A DNA stretch of 64,000 bases from Sphagnum compactum. Its lineage: Eukaryota. Each line of letters opens with the position of its first letter. Positions within the stretch are counted from its first letter, which is position 1. The notes under the pieces were generated by a model. That model was not told where the DNA came from, made no database searches, and worked only from the letters and a program-made list of their open reading frames with translations. The position numbers were made by a program, and so were the translations under genes. The stretch is from contig OZ234493.1 in assembly GCA_965153455.1 (NCBI GenBank), forward strand, positions 27,208,213-27,272,212, written 5' to 3'. This document shows, one piece after another, positions 50,962 to 64,000 of the stretch.

Positions 50962-50998
<37 letters not shown>
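50962..50998. repeat. (GA)n microsatellite ((CT)n on the formin sense strand, 5' leader)
   Basis: Direct reading. Confidence 0.9.
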
Positions 50999-51000
<2 letters not shown>

Positions 51001-54000
51001 ACAAAGAGAGCAAAACGTAGCATTGCCGTGAAGCAAGCGAGACGCGCAACGAACGCGCAACGAAGAAAAACGGACACTAACGACAACGAGACCGAGGAAT
51101 AGTGGGTGCGACTGGAAAGATCGTCTATGAGGAAGAAATTCAGTCATCCAAGACTTCTTACTCTCTTTGTCCATCGACAAAGCTAGATACCAGACTTTTC
51201 ATCCATGGATGAGAGGGTTACAATGTCAAACTTGAGCCTCTCTACTCGGTAGGTTATATCTGGTAACCAGCTCGAGTACTCTCTCTAATTGTCATGAATA
51301 GTTTTGGGCACCCACTCACCTTCCTTTATTATTCACAATAACTTGTGCACTCTTGCAGCTTACCTAGTCCAGTGATGCCCACAATACTATTCACAATAAC
51401 TTGTGCACTCTTGCAGGTTACCTAGTCCAATGAGGTTGGTCGCACCACAACCTCGTCCCTGTCCAGGAGCATCATGAGGGATAGGGTAATTGTGCAGAGG
51501 GGAAGGGGGGGTTTTTTCTTTTGGGTGGGTTCAAATTTTTTTTGTTATTGAAAATTTGGTGAATTTTAGCCCCCAAAAAAAAATTAGCAAAATTAGTTGA
51601 ATTTTTTTCACTCCTAAAACAAAAATTTATGAAGGATTTCTCTTTTGCTTCAACAACACTGCTTCAGCAACAACAACCCACATTAGGAATTGTACCAAAT
51701 TAGTTGTGTACCACATCGACATGAACCGACATTGAAGTTCAAATTCGGTGTTGTTGACAGGTTCCCTAGTGTGGAGTGTTAAAGCCGGTGTTCAGAGCCA
51801 AGGAGTGTTCCCCCAATTAGGGGGGCCCCACACAAGGGGGTAACCCAAGTGCTCTGGTCTGGCCCCAATTTGGGGAACCCTTATGTTTGAGAGTGCTCTG
51901 AGAGGGCCCTTATCTGGCATAAAGACCCAACATTTTATTTTTCTTTTTAACATGAAAGAGTTGGGAAAACGAAAAGGAGGAACCATTTAGTCTTTAAAGA
52001 TTACAAAGGAAGGTTTAGTAATCCACATGTGAAGGAAGCATGCATGGCACATTACATTGTGGAGGAGGATGAAGATGGCACGACAAATGTGAATGAAAAA
52101 AGTGGCCATATCATTCACCAGAGTTGTTAACATCATCCAAGAATCTAATTTGTATGCTCAAATTGAGGGCACATCTGGATGAGTTCTGTGAGTAAATGGA
52201 TGGCATCCTATAGCTGGTACAACTGGCCTACTGAGTGACTGACTAGTCAGCCATTGACGAGGTTGAGGTTAGACAGTGGCGACATACCAGTCTGATTTTT
52301 GGCATGTGGCTAACAAACGGCACTGTTCAGCATAACGGCACTGTTCGTTATGGCAAGTTCAGAGTTCAAACCAGTCAGCCGCCCCACCAGTCAGCCGCCC
52401 AGCCGTCACAAACTTTTCAAATTTTCCCTTTCTAATTTCAGTCACCCTCCTCTGACAGAATTTCCCTCTAGAAGGACCCTTCCTTTCCACTCACGGAAAG
52501 ATCCATCCCAATTATATGGGAAAGGTAAGAGAGTTTCGTCCATTATATTTCATTCATCAACCGCAACTTCATCCTTTCCTCCACTGAAAATTCATGAACA
52601 AACATTTTATGAATGCTCATCATCCATGGAATTTGGATGACTGATTCTTTTGGGCAGAAGTTTCATCAAACGGGGCCGAAAAAAAAAGAAAAAATGGTAA
52701 TTCAATAAATATTTGAAGAAAATGAAGGTTGTGAGAAAATGAAGGTACCTTCTAGTATGGTATTATTGTTGCCTTTTTAAGTTGCAAAAGAACAATGTGT
52801 TAAGCTCTTCATTATTCCTCATGATCACCCAATGACTTGGTACTTGATTAGTAGTAGAAAATCATATATGCAAAGTCAAGATTGCCAGAAAACACACATT
52901 GTTAGAAAATAGCAAGACTAATGATTTAGGTGAAAAGTATGTCTGAAATTATCATCTAACAAAATAGTTTTTTTTCAAACACTCTGTGAATTTTGTGATA
53001 ATCATGTAAATAAATGAGTAGTAGAGATATTGCACAAAGCTTTAGACTGGACCTAATCCTTTTGGGTTAGGGTTAGGGTTTTGGCAGGGTTATCATCATT
53101 TTGGGTCATATGTCCAACAGATCTTATCTTATTCCCAGGTGACTTGACTTGATTACTCTCTTATTTCAATGAATTTAGGATTAGTATAATTTTGGTCAAG
53201 TGCTAATTTAATGGGCTAAAACCTCTTATTGTTGTTGATTGATCCCAAGATTGAGTTATGTACGACTCCTGAGACAATTAATCAATCTTTCTCATCTCCA
53301 GACTTCTAGTGGCAATCAATCATGAGTCCTTCATTATGTTGCACAACATTCAATCTTGTCATTAGGTCATGACTCATGAATACAACTAACTTAATGTTGT
53401 TCAATTTGATCCATAATGCCCTATACCAAACTCCCAGTTTCACATTTGGTTAAGTTTTGTTTTGTGGGTTGTTAACCTTCAATTGAAACATGACAATACC
53501 TGATTAGGAGTCTCTGTTTTTTTAATTTAATGGCTGTTTAATGTTCATGAACATCAAGTAAACCCCCACCCCCTCCATCACAACATCCCCCTAACATCTA
53601 TCTTCTGCTTAGAAGAAGAAAGGAAATAACTAAAGTTGATCCATCAAGCCCCAACAAAATGAACTACTTCATTTCTGAGTATTCCAAGTATGGGGGAACC
53701 TTACAACTTACAACCATGGTACCTGAAATGTGGACCCTGTTCCTCTCTAAAAACCTGTTAAAACAAGTGCTGGGCAGTTCTGATGTTTTTTTAAGACCTC
53801 TTGGGCTCAGTAGATATTGTTTATCATACTCCTCAACAATATTCACAACTTGCCCACATTCAATAAAAAAGGTTTTTAAATCAAAAAATTTAAATCTAGG
53901 ATGTAATATTAAAAATAATGTGTTAGGAGTTTTTTTTTTTCTTTTTTAAAAAGAAAGATTCCAAAACATCACAAATTTCCATTTTGATGTTGGAAGCAAA

Positions 54001-56309
54001 CGAAGACAACTCAAGAACAATTCCAAAATCATCATCAATCAAATTGACTTGGGCTTATAAATTTGTAAATTTTTTCTTGAATTTTAAACACAATATGGTA
54101 ATGGCACCCTACAATGCATCAAAAAACAACCAATGGCTATTAAACTAGTTAAAACAAAAGCACTCACAACAACAAAAAAAGATTCCACAATTTTCTTTGT
54201 ATGTGCCATGTAAAGAGAGGTGGCACTTTGCCAATACTTCTAATAGTATTTTGTCTATTGTAACAAATGATAATAACATCCTTAAATTGCAAAGCCTTTT
54301 GAAACATAATGATTTTGCTTACAAACTTTTAAAAACATTTAATAATGTTATATTAGTATATGCATCTAGCAAGATTCAATGAAACAAAGGAAAAAAATAA
54401 GGTTGTAAAAGATAATTAAAAGTTCACCTTGTTTTCAATAGAGTATTCAATTTTCTTGGGAAAACTTTAGAATTGGAACAAACCTTGTTCCATTCATGTC
54501 TACCATTCCCAAATTTTGTATGCCAAGTTATACATTTCTATAAATCTGATTGGGTTCACTTGAAGGAAACAAATCTAAATTGTTCACAAAAAATTTTTGT
54601 CAACAATAACATGTTGACATGCCTTATAAACAAATATGGCCAAAACAAGTACCTTGAAATTTTTCATCTAAACCCAAGACTTCACATTTCACAATATATG
54701 TCAAGGTAGTTGTCATAACATTCAAATTTGTTCCCTCATCTTTGACATATGCAATGATTTTTTATCCATGTTGATCACACAATTATGTCAAATTGATAGC
54801 CAAGGTTTGATTAGTTGTATTTGTTGCCTCAAACAAATTGATAATCATTTATTTAGGTTGCTAATCAAATTCCACAAAATTAAATAACAAAAGCAAATAT
54901 ATCATGTGAAGAGGTCTTAGTCCCTCTTCAATATGCTAAACACTATAGTGTAATTATGATGAATGTTTCCCATTTTATGCACTATGACCCTCTCAAAATC
55001 ACCAACATTTTCCAATCTATAATTGTGCATCGTTTTTTTGCAAAAATGTGGGCTGTTACGTAAGGTAAATTGTTAAAGACACTTGAATGGAAGTAAAAAA
55101 TTATCAAAGAATAGTTGAGTGTGGCTTGATGGACCACAATAACTATCTAATTACGAGTGTGGGTTTTATGTCATGAAATTCATGACCAAATATGTCAATT
55201 ACATGTATCGAGACAATGCACTTGATATTAAGGTTAGTTACCCTTACCCAAACCACAAAAGTTTTTGTTGTAATTGAGTACAAGATTATTTACATCTTGA
55301 ATCTTGTAATTGTTTGTTGGTTGCAAGTGACACCAACTTGGTTTTCAAGGGATGATGTGATTACAATGCACTCAATTCTAATGAATGCAATATTACAAAC
55401 GTTGCATATGTCAGATTTTACAAACACAAGTTGGGTTGTCGACTTGGGAGATGTAACTAGTGATGAGGGATCAACATCAACATAATTTGTCATGTTTCAG
55501 CATCTCGTAGAAGTGGCAAAACCAGGAAGTTGGTGTCTTATGTCAACTAATGTTCAACAAAAACATTAAGTTTGAGATGGGTTTGTAACAACAATAACAT
55601 ACTCATACCAAGTAAACTGCAATGGTATAATGTTTTTTATGGCAGTGGTATAATGTTTTCTATGTGTTTGGAAAGAGCTTCCAATAGCTGGATGTGCTTT
55701 TGGTTTGGTGCTAAAGCTTATGAAACTTGATGGGTTTGAAAGGTTTAACACATGTTAAAAGATACTAAAACCATGCATTTTTGTAGGTGGACAAAATGCA
55801 ATATGTATTGTGGTACAATTTAACAAGTGTTTATATTTCTACATTTGCAAAAAACTATGTGATAGTAATGTGGTTATAGTTTAGGGGAAAGTGGGATTTT
55901 AAAGGGTGTTTCCCATCTTGGCAATTTGGGTTGATTTGGAAATGTTAGCAAGTGTTCAGATGCTAGTTTATTTTTGGCATTACTACTCATACATCTTATA
56001 ATGCTTTGTTTTTCATGTGGTTCCGGTTATTGCCATAGGTTGTGTTACAATGAAATGCAAAATGTCACCTGATCATTTACTATTCATGAATACAAGGGTT
56101 GAGAGACCATCAAGTTTGCAATGGTGTCTTGGATCAATCATTGCAAGTTGTAAATACAATTGTCATAAAACAATGTTCTATAACATGCATATCACTAAAA
56201 GACTATGGCAATGGTATGGAGTCCCACAATAAATACATAAACAATAATAAAAAAATATGGCTTAAATGAAAATTGTAGTTCAAGTACACAAAGTAATAGC
56301 AACCTGCAA

Positions 56310-58800
56310 TTACATATCCATACCCACATTTGGTATCTTGGATTCCCTTGCATCTAAATGCGCATGTGTCTTAGCTGCTCTGTCCTTTAAGTGATTCTGT
56401 TTTTGAACATGGGGTTCTAGGATTCCTCTATGTCGTCTAAATGTGTTATCACTAGGAGTAGATGGAAACAAAGGGTCTACGTTTGGGTGTTCAAGAATCC
56501 CCCTAGCTATCATGTCTTGTTGTTTGCATCTCAACACCTTTAGTCCTGAAAGTAAATGTAGTTGTAGGATTAGAATTTAAATCGCAGTGGTTTTTATGTC
56601 ATGAAATACATGGTCAATGAGTTCCCCTAGGTTGGCATATTCGAATTGGGCAATAATGGTTTTCATATCCAAGATACCAATGTCTTCATTTTATGGGTCA
56701 ATGTCAAGTTGTTGATTAGGTAGGTCATCACAAACCATGTGTCCAATTGTTGGAGGACCTTTGTTTACTCCATGGAATGTGCCCGTAGCCCTAACAATGG
56801 CATCATCATGGATGTTAGGGTGTAGCATTTTGAATACTTTCATGACATGTTTGAATGCAATCCCTTGTTTTGCAAGTGGGCAATCACATTGTGGCCACTC
56901 AGATGACGGAGAGTGAATGGTCCATACTTTGGGTGTGTGGTTGATGTAAGCAACATATGCAATGTCCTCCCCATTAGGACATAACAAGACAAACATCCAA
57001 TTGCTTGGCATAGGTTTTGATAGTGCTCGAAGAATTGGGTCAAGGTCACTTTCTTGACTTTTTCCAATGATAATGAATGCAACTTTTATTCCATTATTCC
57101 ATTCATCAAACACCATTAGGGTGTACAAAGGGTACTGCAAATAACATAACGCCAACATTAGTTACAATGTTGTGGAACATATTAATCATGTGGCATTTCA
57201 TACAATAGCAAAAAGGGCATACCTTGCTTTGATTAGTGTCAAATGTTGCATCAACATATATTGCACTACCAAGCCCAAAATTTTGCATAATTTGCAACTA
57301 CCATGGAATTTGGATTCCTAATGTGAACAAAGTGTCATCATGGGTTCGTGAATTGAGGTCCATAGGGCATGCTGAACATAAAAGAAAACCAAATCACGAT
57401 TTTTTAAAACCCACATTCTAACATTGATGGGGTCCTCGTGGTTTTTTTGCCATAGTTCATCAACTTGTTTTTTTGCCAAGTTTCTCACATCGGATAGGAG
57501 AACAAACGTGTTTCAAATCACAAGTTCATTTTTCAATGCCATCTCTTTAACATGTGCTTTGTGATGAATAATTACTTGAGTTGGGGATAGGCCTTGCCTT
57601 AACAACCCCATTATGTGAGCCTTCATACCATCTGATAGTTGGGAACCTAGAGCATGCTAGTATCCAACAACATTTTTCTTATGGCATACTTGACCCTCCT
57701 TGTCTTTATGTTCTGCACTCAAGTATATTTAGTATTGACAAAGGTTTTGGTCCAAATATGGTTGCTTTGCAATGAAAGTTCTTTGACAACCACATTTAAT
57801 GGACATACCAGACATTGTCTTTGAAATACGAATCTTTTGTTATGCTTGATGGCTAATTTTGAGAACTCCACGAAAGCCTGCTTCCCCTTCTTCTTGTTGG
57901 TTGTTCCATTCATTTGGTGATGCTTTCGCTTTTATTGTGTAGACAATAATAACTTTTGCATGTCCTTCTAAAGTACATTAGTGTAGTCTTCGGGTCCAAA
58001 GTTACAATAGAACCTACAACACAATGACATAGGAAATGAGCTCCAAATTCAGAATAAGCCTTGAACAACAAAATCATCCACATAATATTTAGTTATTTGT
58101 TAAATTGAAATGTGAATGGTCATGTTACGTTGGGACAATTAATACCTCAATTCAATTTATATATCATGAAAGGATGTTTAGTAACAAACTTTCACAAGAT
58201 CTAGAATCATGGTACAACACTAGAACTTTGCAAACAACATATAATTCAAAAAGAAAAGGGAGATTGGAAGGAATATAATATAATTTGACAACCAACATTG
58301 CCAAATTTGCAATATGGTTAACTATGCCAAAATTGAAAAACCAAAATAATACACATCGAAAATTTAAGCCCAAATAAAAGTGCAAAAAAAAGGCTAGCAT
58401 AGATAAAATATTCTGCTATTTATTTCTTCACCTAATAACAAGCGATGCAAAGTTGGTTCTTGGGTGTGTTAATGTGTTTAGGGGATTGAAAAACTTGTGT
58501 TCCTTTGTCCTTGTAAATTTGCAAGGGAATTTTGGATTGTTTTATTCCCCCTGCACAAAATCCTCAAGCCAATCTTGTGGAATGACCGTAATTTCAACTT
58601 GCTTATAAAGACTGTGCCCAGATGTAACATGAAGCAACCATGTGATATGATCTTTCTAGAATGGTCCGAGAGGAGGTGATTGCACGGTCTCCTTCAAAGC
58701 TTCAATTAAATCCCTTTCCTTTGAAGCAACAAAAGGTTCATCTTGTAAGATCTCCGAGATTTTTACATCATCCATAACCACCTTGTAATAATCATGGTCT
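56310..58800 (-). mobile_element. Decayed Mutator-like (MULE) transposase with SWIM zinc finger
   Basis: IYVDATFDTNQSK|YPLYTLMVFDEWNNGIKVAFIII, joined across a GT-AG intron (57222-57135); SWIM-like CDCPLAKQGIAFKHV. Multiple stops and frameshifts; boundaries approximate. Confidence 0.78.
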
Positions 58801-61800
58801 GACATTACATAATATAAATTCTATACCCTATAATGAATATTTGTTACAATATAGACCCTTGGAAGCTTTATTGAAGAAGACTAAACAAAATTAACATTCT
58901 AGTGCAGAAGACATTGAATTCCATATCTAAGGAATCCTGCTGCATTTTCAACAAGAAAGTAAGGTCAATAAACCTTAAGTCCTTTAGATTCCCAAGCATT
59001 GTGGAATGTGAACAATAGTAAATCTTGTTGCAATTTCTTCCTCCCTCAAAACAAGGTAAAAAAGTTGAACCTTCAATTGTGGGTTGCTATAGTATAGCAA
59101 CAATGAAAACACAAATGTATTTAGTTTTTATAAAATAAAAATAAGTAAAACTGAATCCTAGGTTGGAAACTTGAATAGAGTCTACAAGCAAGAATTTTGG
59201 AAAGAACATCGAGGAAGCACTATATTTTGATAAGCAAAGCAAGGTCAACAAACCTTAAACATAGGAGATGATGTGTTAGAATAGAGGTGAAAGGGAAGGT
59301 TGCTAATTTGACTTCTTGGGATGGAATTGGAAAATATTTCACACTCTACAACTAAATATATGTAAAGAACACAAACTATTGCCATGGTATTCCATCACCA
59401 AATGAAATTTTGACGCATTTCTTGTAAGCTTATAAGATATCTTGGTTTGTAAATGTAATGCAAATTGGTTTATGGAAGTAAAATGTTGGGGTCAAAAATA
59501 AGTTTTGCATATGAGTCTCAATTAGAAAAGATGAGGTTGGGTTTCAAGGTACGTGCTGGGTTTACTTTGCTTTCAAATGCTTGGTTGTGGGTGCTTTAAG
59601 AACCTTATACCAAATCTGCTAATGTTAAATAGATTTCAGTTTTGAATAGTGTTATTTTTTACACACTATTCAAATTCCTTGGTTGTTTGAAGATTTACTA
59701 TTCAGGTAGGTAGCAAAACAATGCAGACTTGTCATCGATGGGGAAAAATGTCTATCGATTCAAATTATTGACAGAAAACGAAAACTTTTCGTCAACAACA
59801 ATAACGTTTGAGGGTGGTGGACAATGATTGAAATGTTCTATGAACGATGAAGAGAGGGGCTCGCATGTGTGACATAGAAGGTTTAGTGGTGGGGCATCGT
59901 GACTTGGAATAGGCGTTAAATATAACTCAATGGGGGGTATTTAACGTCTCGCGTTTACAACCTTTACTACCAATGTTCCAACAATTATTAATATTCTGAA
60001 ATTAATGTTTTAACATTTATAGTAACTTGGGGGCCAATTTGGAACCCAAAAAAGCTCAAAGTTGGTGCTAAGTTTTTTTGGCCCTAACTCCTAGTGTAAA
60101 GCAAGCCTAATTAGCTAGTTCATAGTGGGGGTTGTTGCCCATTTTGGGCTGCCCTTGGGTAGGTTCCAAAATGACAGGAACAAGAAGCACAAGACCCCAA
60201 AAAAGTAAAGCAAAAGACAACAGATACAAAATTAACCCCCCAAAATGGGGGCCAGGTCAGAGTCCACCAAAAACACCACTTAGAAATAGAATTGACTTTG
60301 GTGAGTACCTAATTTTGAGGCCCACCTTATTTGGATAATAGTGTTAGGAGTCAATACTTAAAATTCTAGGCCAAATAAGGTGCCTTCATTTGATCATAGT
60401 TGTTAACTTTCATTATAAGGTGAAACTTTATGCCAAATGAAGTGGCTTCATTTGATCATAGTAGTTGGAAACTGGCTTCACCAAAGTGACACAATCTAGA
60501 CTATGTGTTTCCTCTCCACCAAATACATTAGGCAACAACATTAACTAATGGCTCCACCACTAAAGCTCTGTGCTAAAAGTAAGCTATAACATTTAATGTT
60601 TTATTATGAACTCAAGTTATATTGGATGAAAGTTTGTTGGTTTTATGAAAGATCATGAAATTATTATTTTTCACATTTGTGTTAAGAAAAAAATAATTCT
60701 AACCCTCTTCGAATTCATTGTGGATATGTAAAAATTGAAACCATAGTTCCATTGTCTTTCTTTTAACTATACAAATGAGTATAAAGTTGTAAATAATCAT
60801 ATGGTTAAAAAAAATCCAAGTTTTCCAAACTTGAATAATGTAGACAATTTTTAGCAATGTGCATGAGGTATTTTGATGTTTGAAACAAACATCAATATTG
60901 AATGGATAATATAAATGGAAAGATTTTTATTCTTAATCTCATTTTCATTTATTAAGTTTAAGAATTTGGCAACTCTTATATTTGTTTTTGTCACATTTTG
61001 GTAAATAGGTTTTTCATGAAAGGTGTTTTGTTATGGTGTTTGATGGGTGTATGTGTGAATAAAAAAATTGTCCAAATTATTGTTTATCTTGTTATTGATA
61101 TTTATGAATTTTTTTTTACACATGGTCCATGAAAAACAATGTAATATTTCAAATTCAAGCCATAAGGTGCCAACATTTTGGGAATATTAATTAAGTGGAA
61201 AATGCATCATTTACATGCATATAATCACAAATGTCACACTTTAAATGAATGGAAACATTAATGGATTTTTTTATACATTGGAAGTGTGTTTGGTAATTTG
61301 AATGCAATATAAATTAGTTTGTGAAAACATGAACAATATGCTTATGTTACACCATATTTGCATTAATTTTCAAGGACATTTGCCCATATATGGTATAATT
61401 GAAATCTAACTTCTGTGGTGTTTTCACCAAATTGTGATTTTAATTGAAATTTATCTAAGAAATTTAATATTTTTTGTTATTTTTTGCTTGGTTATTGTCT
61501 TTTAAAATGTCAACATTAAAATCTCCCATGATGATGATTGGATAATGTTCGAGAAAATGTTGAATTATAGTTTGAAAATTGTTTAGGAATGCAAAAGTTG
61601 AACATGAATGAGTTCTATACACACATAATTTATGTATTGCTTTTCATGTATTAATATTAGAAGTTGTCATTATATATATTGAACCATCATTAGGTATTAT
61701 ATTGAAAGAATTTAAGTGCATGTGTATGTCATACATCATCATTAACCCATGACCATCATGGATTGAAATATATGAATACTTTAAAAAATTTATAAATTTG

Positions 61801-62559
61801 TGCACATTTGTTGATGCATGGTGTATTCTTGTTTTTATAAGACAAGATATGAGACATTTGAAGGTTATGATCATGATTGATGGTTTCGTAATGTTGATGT
61901 AAAAATTTTATATTCAAGGCTTATATAATTACATGAGAATTATGTAAGTTTTTAAATTGAGGAATTAATGGTATCCAAGTTGCAATTATTTTCAATCTAT
62001 TCAATTCTATACGTATTATTAGATCCACATAAAATTTTCATGTTGGAGAAGAGCTAATAAAAATAATTTTTCTTTTGGTCAAATGTGGGATAATGCTATA
62101 TATGTTAACGCATGTTTTTAAACATTAGTGGGATCAAAAACCAATTTTGTCAAGGATTCAAAAATGCACAAGAACAAAGACTAAAAAAAAGGTCGAAGTT
62201 TAACTTTCATACAAGGAATAAGACAAGATTATATGATTCAAAAATAAAAACACAAGAACTAAAACCAAGAACATGAGATGTGCAAGACCAACATGAAAAC
62301 AAATTTTCATTATGTTAACATATGCAAACATGAACATGAAAAGAACATGAGAAGGCTATGGTGTAAGATCATGCTTAAGATTAGTGTTGAATAGATTGAA
62401 AGAAATTAGGGGTCCTACTCCTATTTATACCCCTTTGAAAATTTAGCTCAAAGAAATTTCCAAAGAGGCTTCTATGTGTGCATTTAGTAAAAAAACTTTT
62501 TGAAAACCTTCTTAATTGAAAATTCATTATGAGTTAATTGAAACTTAACTAAAAATTAT

Positions 62560-62860
62560 TTAGGATTTAATTAAAAATCAATTGGGAGTTAACTAGACTT
62601 AATTAGGACTTTACAAAGAGTTAATTTGAAGTTAATTATAACTTATTAAAAATTAATTAGAAGTGAACCAAGACTTAACTAAGAGTGAATTAATAGTCAA
62701 CTGAAAATGAACATAAGTTAAGTGAAAATGAAAAGTCAATTTGAAGTGAACTATGAATTAAGTGAAAATGAATTAAAAGTTAAATGAAAATGAACTATAA
62801 GTCAAATGAAAATGAATTAAAACTGAACTAAAATTAAACTAAAAATAAAATACAAGTTTG
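62560..62860. repeat. AT-rich low-complexity tandem repeats (AAGTGAAAATGAA / TTAATT units)
   Basis: Direct reading. Confidence 0.6.
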
Positions 62861-63274
62861 TTACAAGTTATGAATGATCATTCATATATAACCTCATGAA
62901 AAAAAATTGGAGAAAGCATTTTTAAATTGAGCACTTGTCTTGCAAGTGAAGTTGTAATAAAATCAAGCCCATGCTTGTCACATTTAACTTGTTGTTCCTG
63001 TTTAGTGCTTGCCGAACACAAATTACATTTTGAGATATCAAATTCCTCTTCCTTAATTATTATTATTATTATCCTTACATTAAAAAAAAGAGAAAAAAAA
63101 GGCCTCATTTAAAGGATTGAGCAGGTTGAGCAGGTATATGTGTCCACTTACTTATGAAAATTTCAAAAACCTATATTTGGTATGTAAATCACAGTTTTCA
63201 ATTTTGTTTGAAAAAAGGGTCCAAACAACATGTTCCAAAGATAACCCAATTATTTGGATATATGTCCGTCCAAC

Positions 63275-63533
63275 AAAAAGTGTCTTAAGGCAAAAGCCCA
63301 ATTATAGAAACTCAAATATTTCACCATGCAAAAATATAATCCTTAAAAAATTCTCTAAAATAAACCAAAATCCTTCAAAATATTACAACTCTGTAACTAA
63401 TCTCAAGTTTCAGCACAAGCCAAAATATCATCTTTCAAAAATCCTCATATAAAATAGACCTAATGTTACCTAGGGGCCAAAATCCCTTAAGCTACGAAAC
63501 TCTATAATGAATCTAAAGGCAATATCCTTGCCT
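63275..63533 (+). repeat. Dispersed repeat family X, copy 3
   Basis: Collinear with 26960-27235 and 36827-37108. Confidence 0.85.
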
Positions 63534-64000
63534 CTATCAACCTGTGGTCATTGTAAAGAATAAGAAACATTCATATGAAGAAAAAACACCAATTCAGAAG
63601 AGAAAAGCAAAACATCAATCCAGAAGGGAAAGTAGGAACACAAAGAGAGGACCAATGTTCAAAGCCAAGAAGATGATGCTCACAAGCAAAAGAAATGAAA
63701 AAAAAGCACTCACCCAAATCCAAAACCCAAGCCTAGGTCCTGAACCTTTCACCAGTGATGTGAAGCAAATCAGACAAAGAGAGAGAGAGGGAACCCTAAA
63801 AGAATGGCAAGCTTAGAAGAGACCTTGTTGACAACAAGTGTCCACATTGTGAATTCATTGTTTGGGAACTTCATGGAGCATGTTGCATTTAAACAGTTGT
63901 TGGTTTCAAGTTTGGTCAGTTATTTCTTTTTAAAATAATCACTGGGTAGTTTATTTAATTTTTTTTTTTCCAGATGACACAAATTATCAATATCAATTAA

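Noticed and set aside
53063-53092. Telomere-like TTAGGG repeats
   Set aside because: Only about two to three units; too short to call an interstitial telomere.
51850-60265. Possible TIR pair around the MULE (51851-51877 versus 60235-60263)
   Set aside because: Only a short, weak inverted similarity and no TSD found; cannot support element boundaries.

Overview
Eukaryotic, intron-containing, AT-rich plant DNA. The gene families and transposon types suggest a bryophyte (moss-like); this is inference. The first ~11.6 kb is a nested transposon stack. The outer element is a decayed plus-strand Ty3/gypsy retrotransposon. Its polyprotein carries a DNMT3-like C5-cytosine methyltransferase domain (motifs I-VI and VIII-X recognisable, ~316-1250) upstream of RT/RNase H/integrase, and a PHD finger at the integrase C-terminus (~10149-10283). 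Its RNase H is split by a full-length minus-strand chromovirus (2861-8619: 267-bp LTRs, GGTAA target-site duplication, a Tf1-type self-priming site instead of a tRNA PBS). Its 3' end has an unusual A-B-A repeat layout interrupted by a small Helitron. The rest of the window holds three host genes: an uncharacterised, probably plastid-targeted protein with a candidate GC-AG intron, a GIL1/IRK-interacting-like protein, and a class I formin. It also holds a decayed MULE/SWIM transposase and several dispersed and tandem repeats. The most notable item is the methyltransferase- and PHD-bearing LTR retrotransposon.
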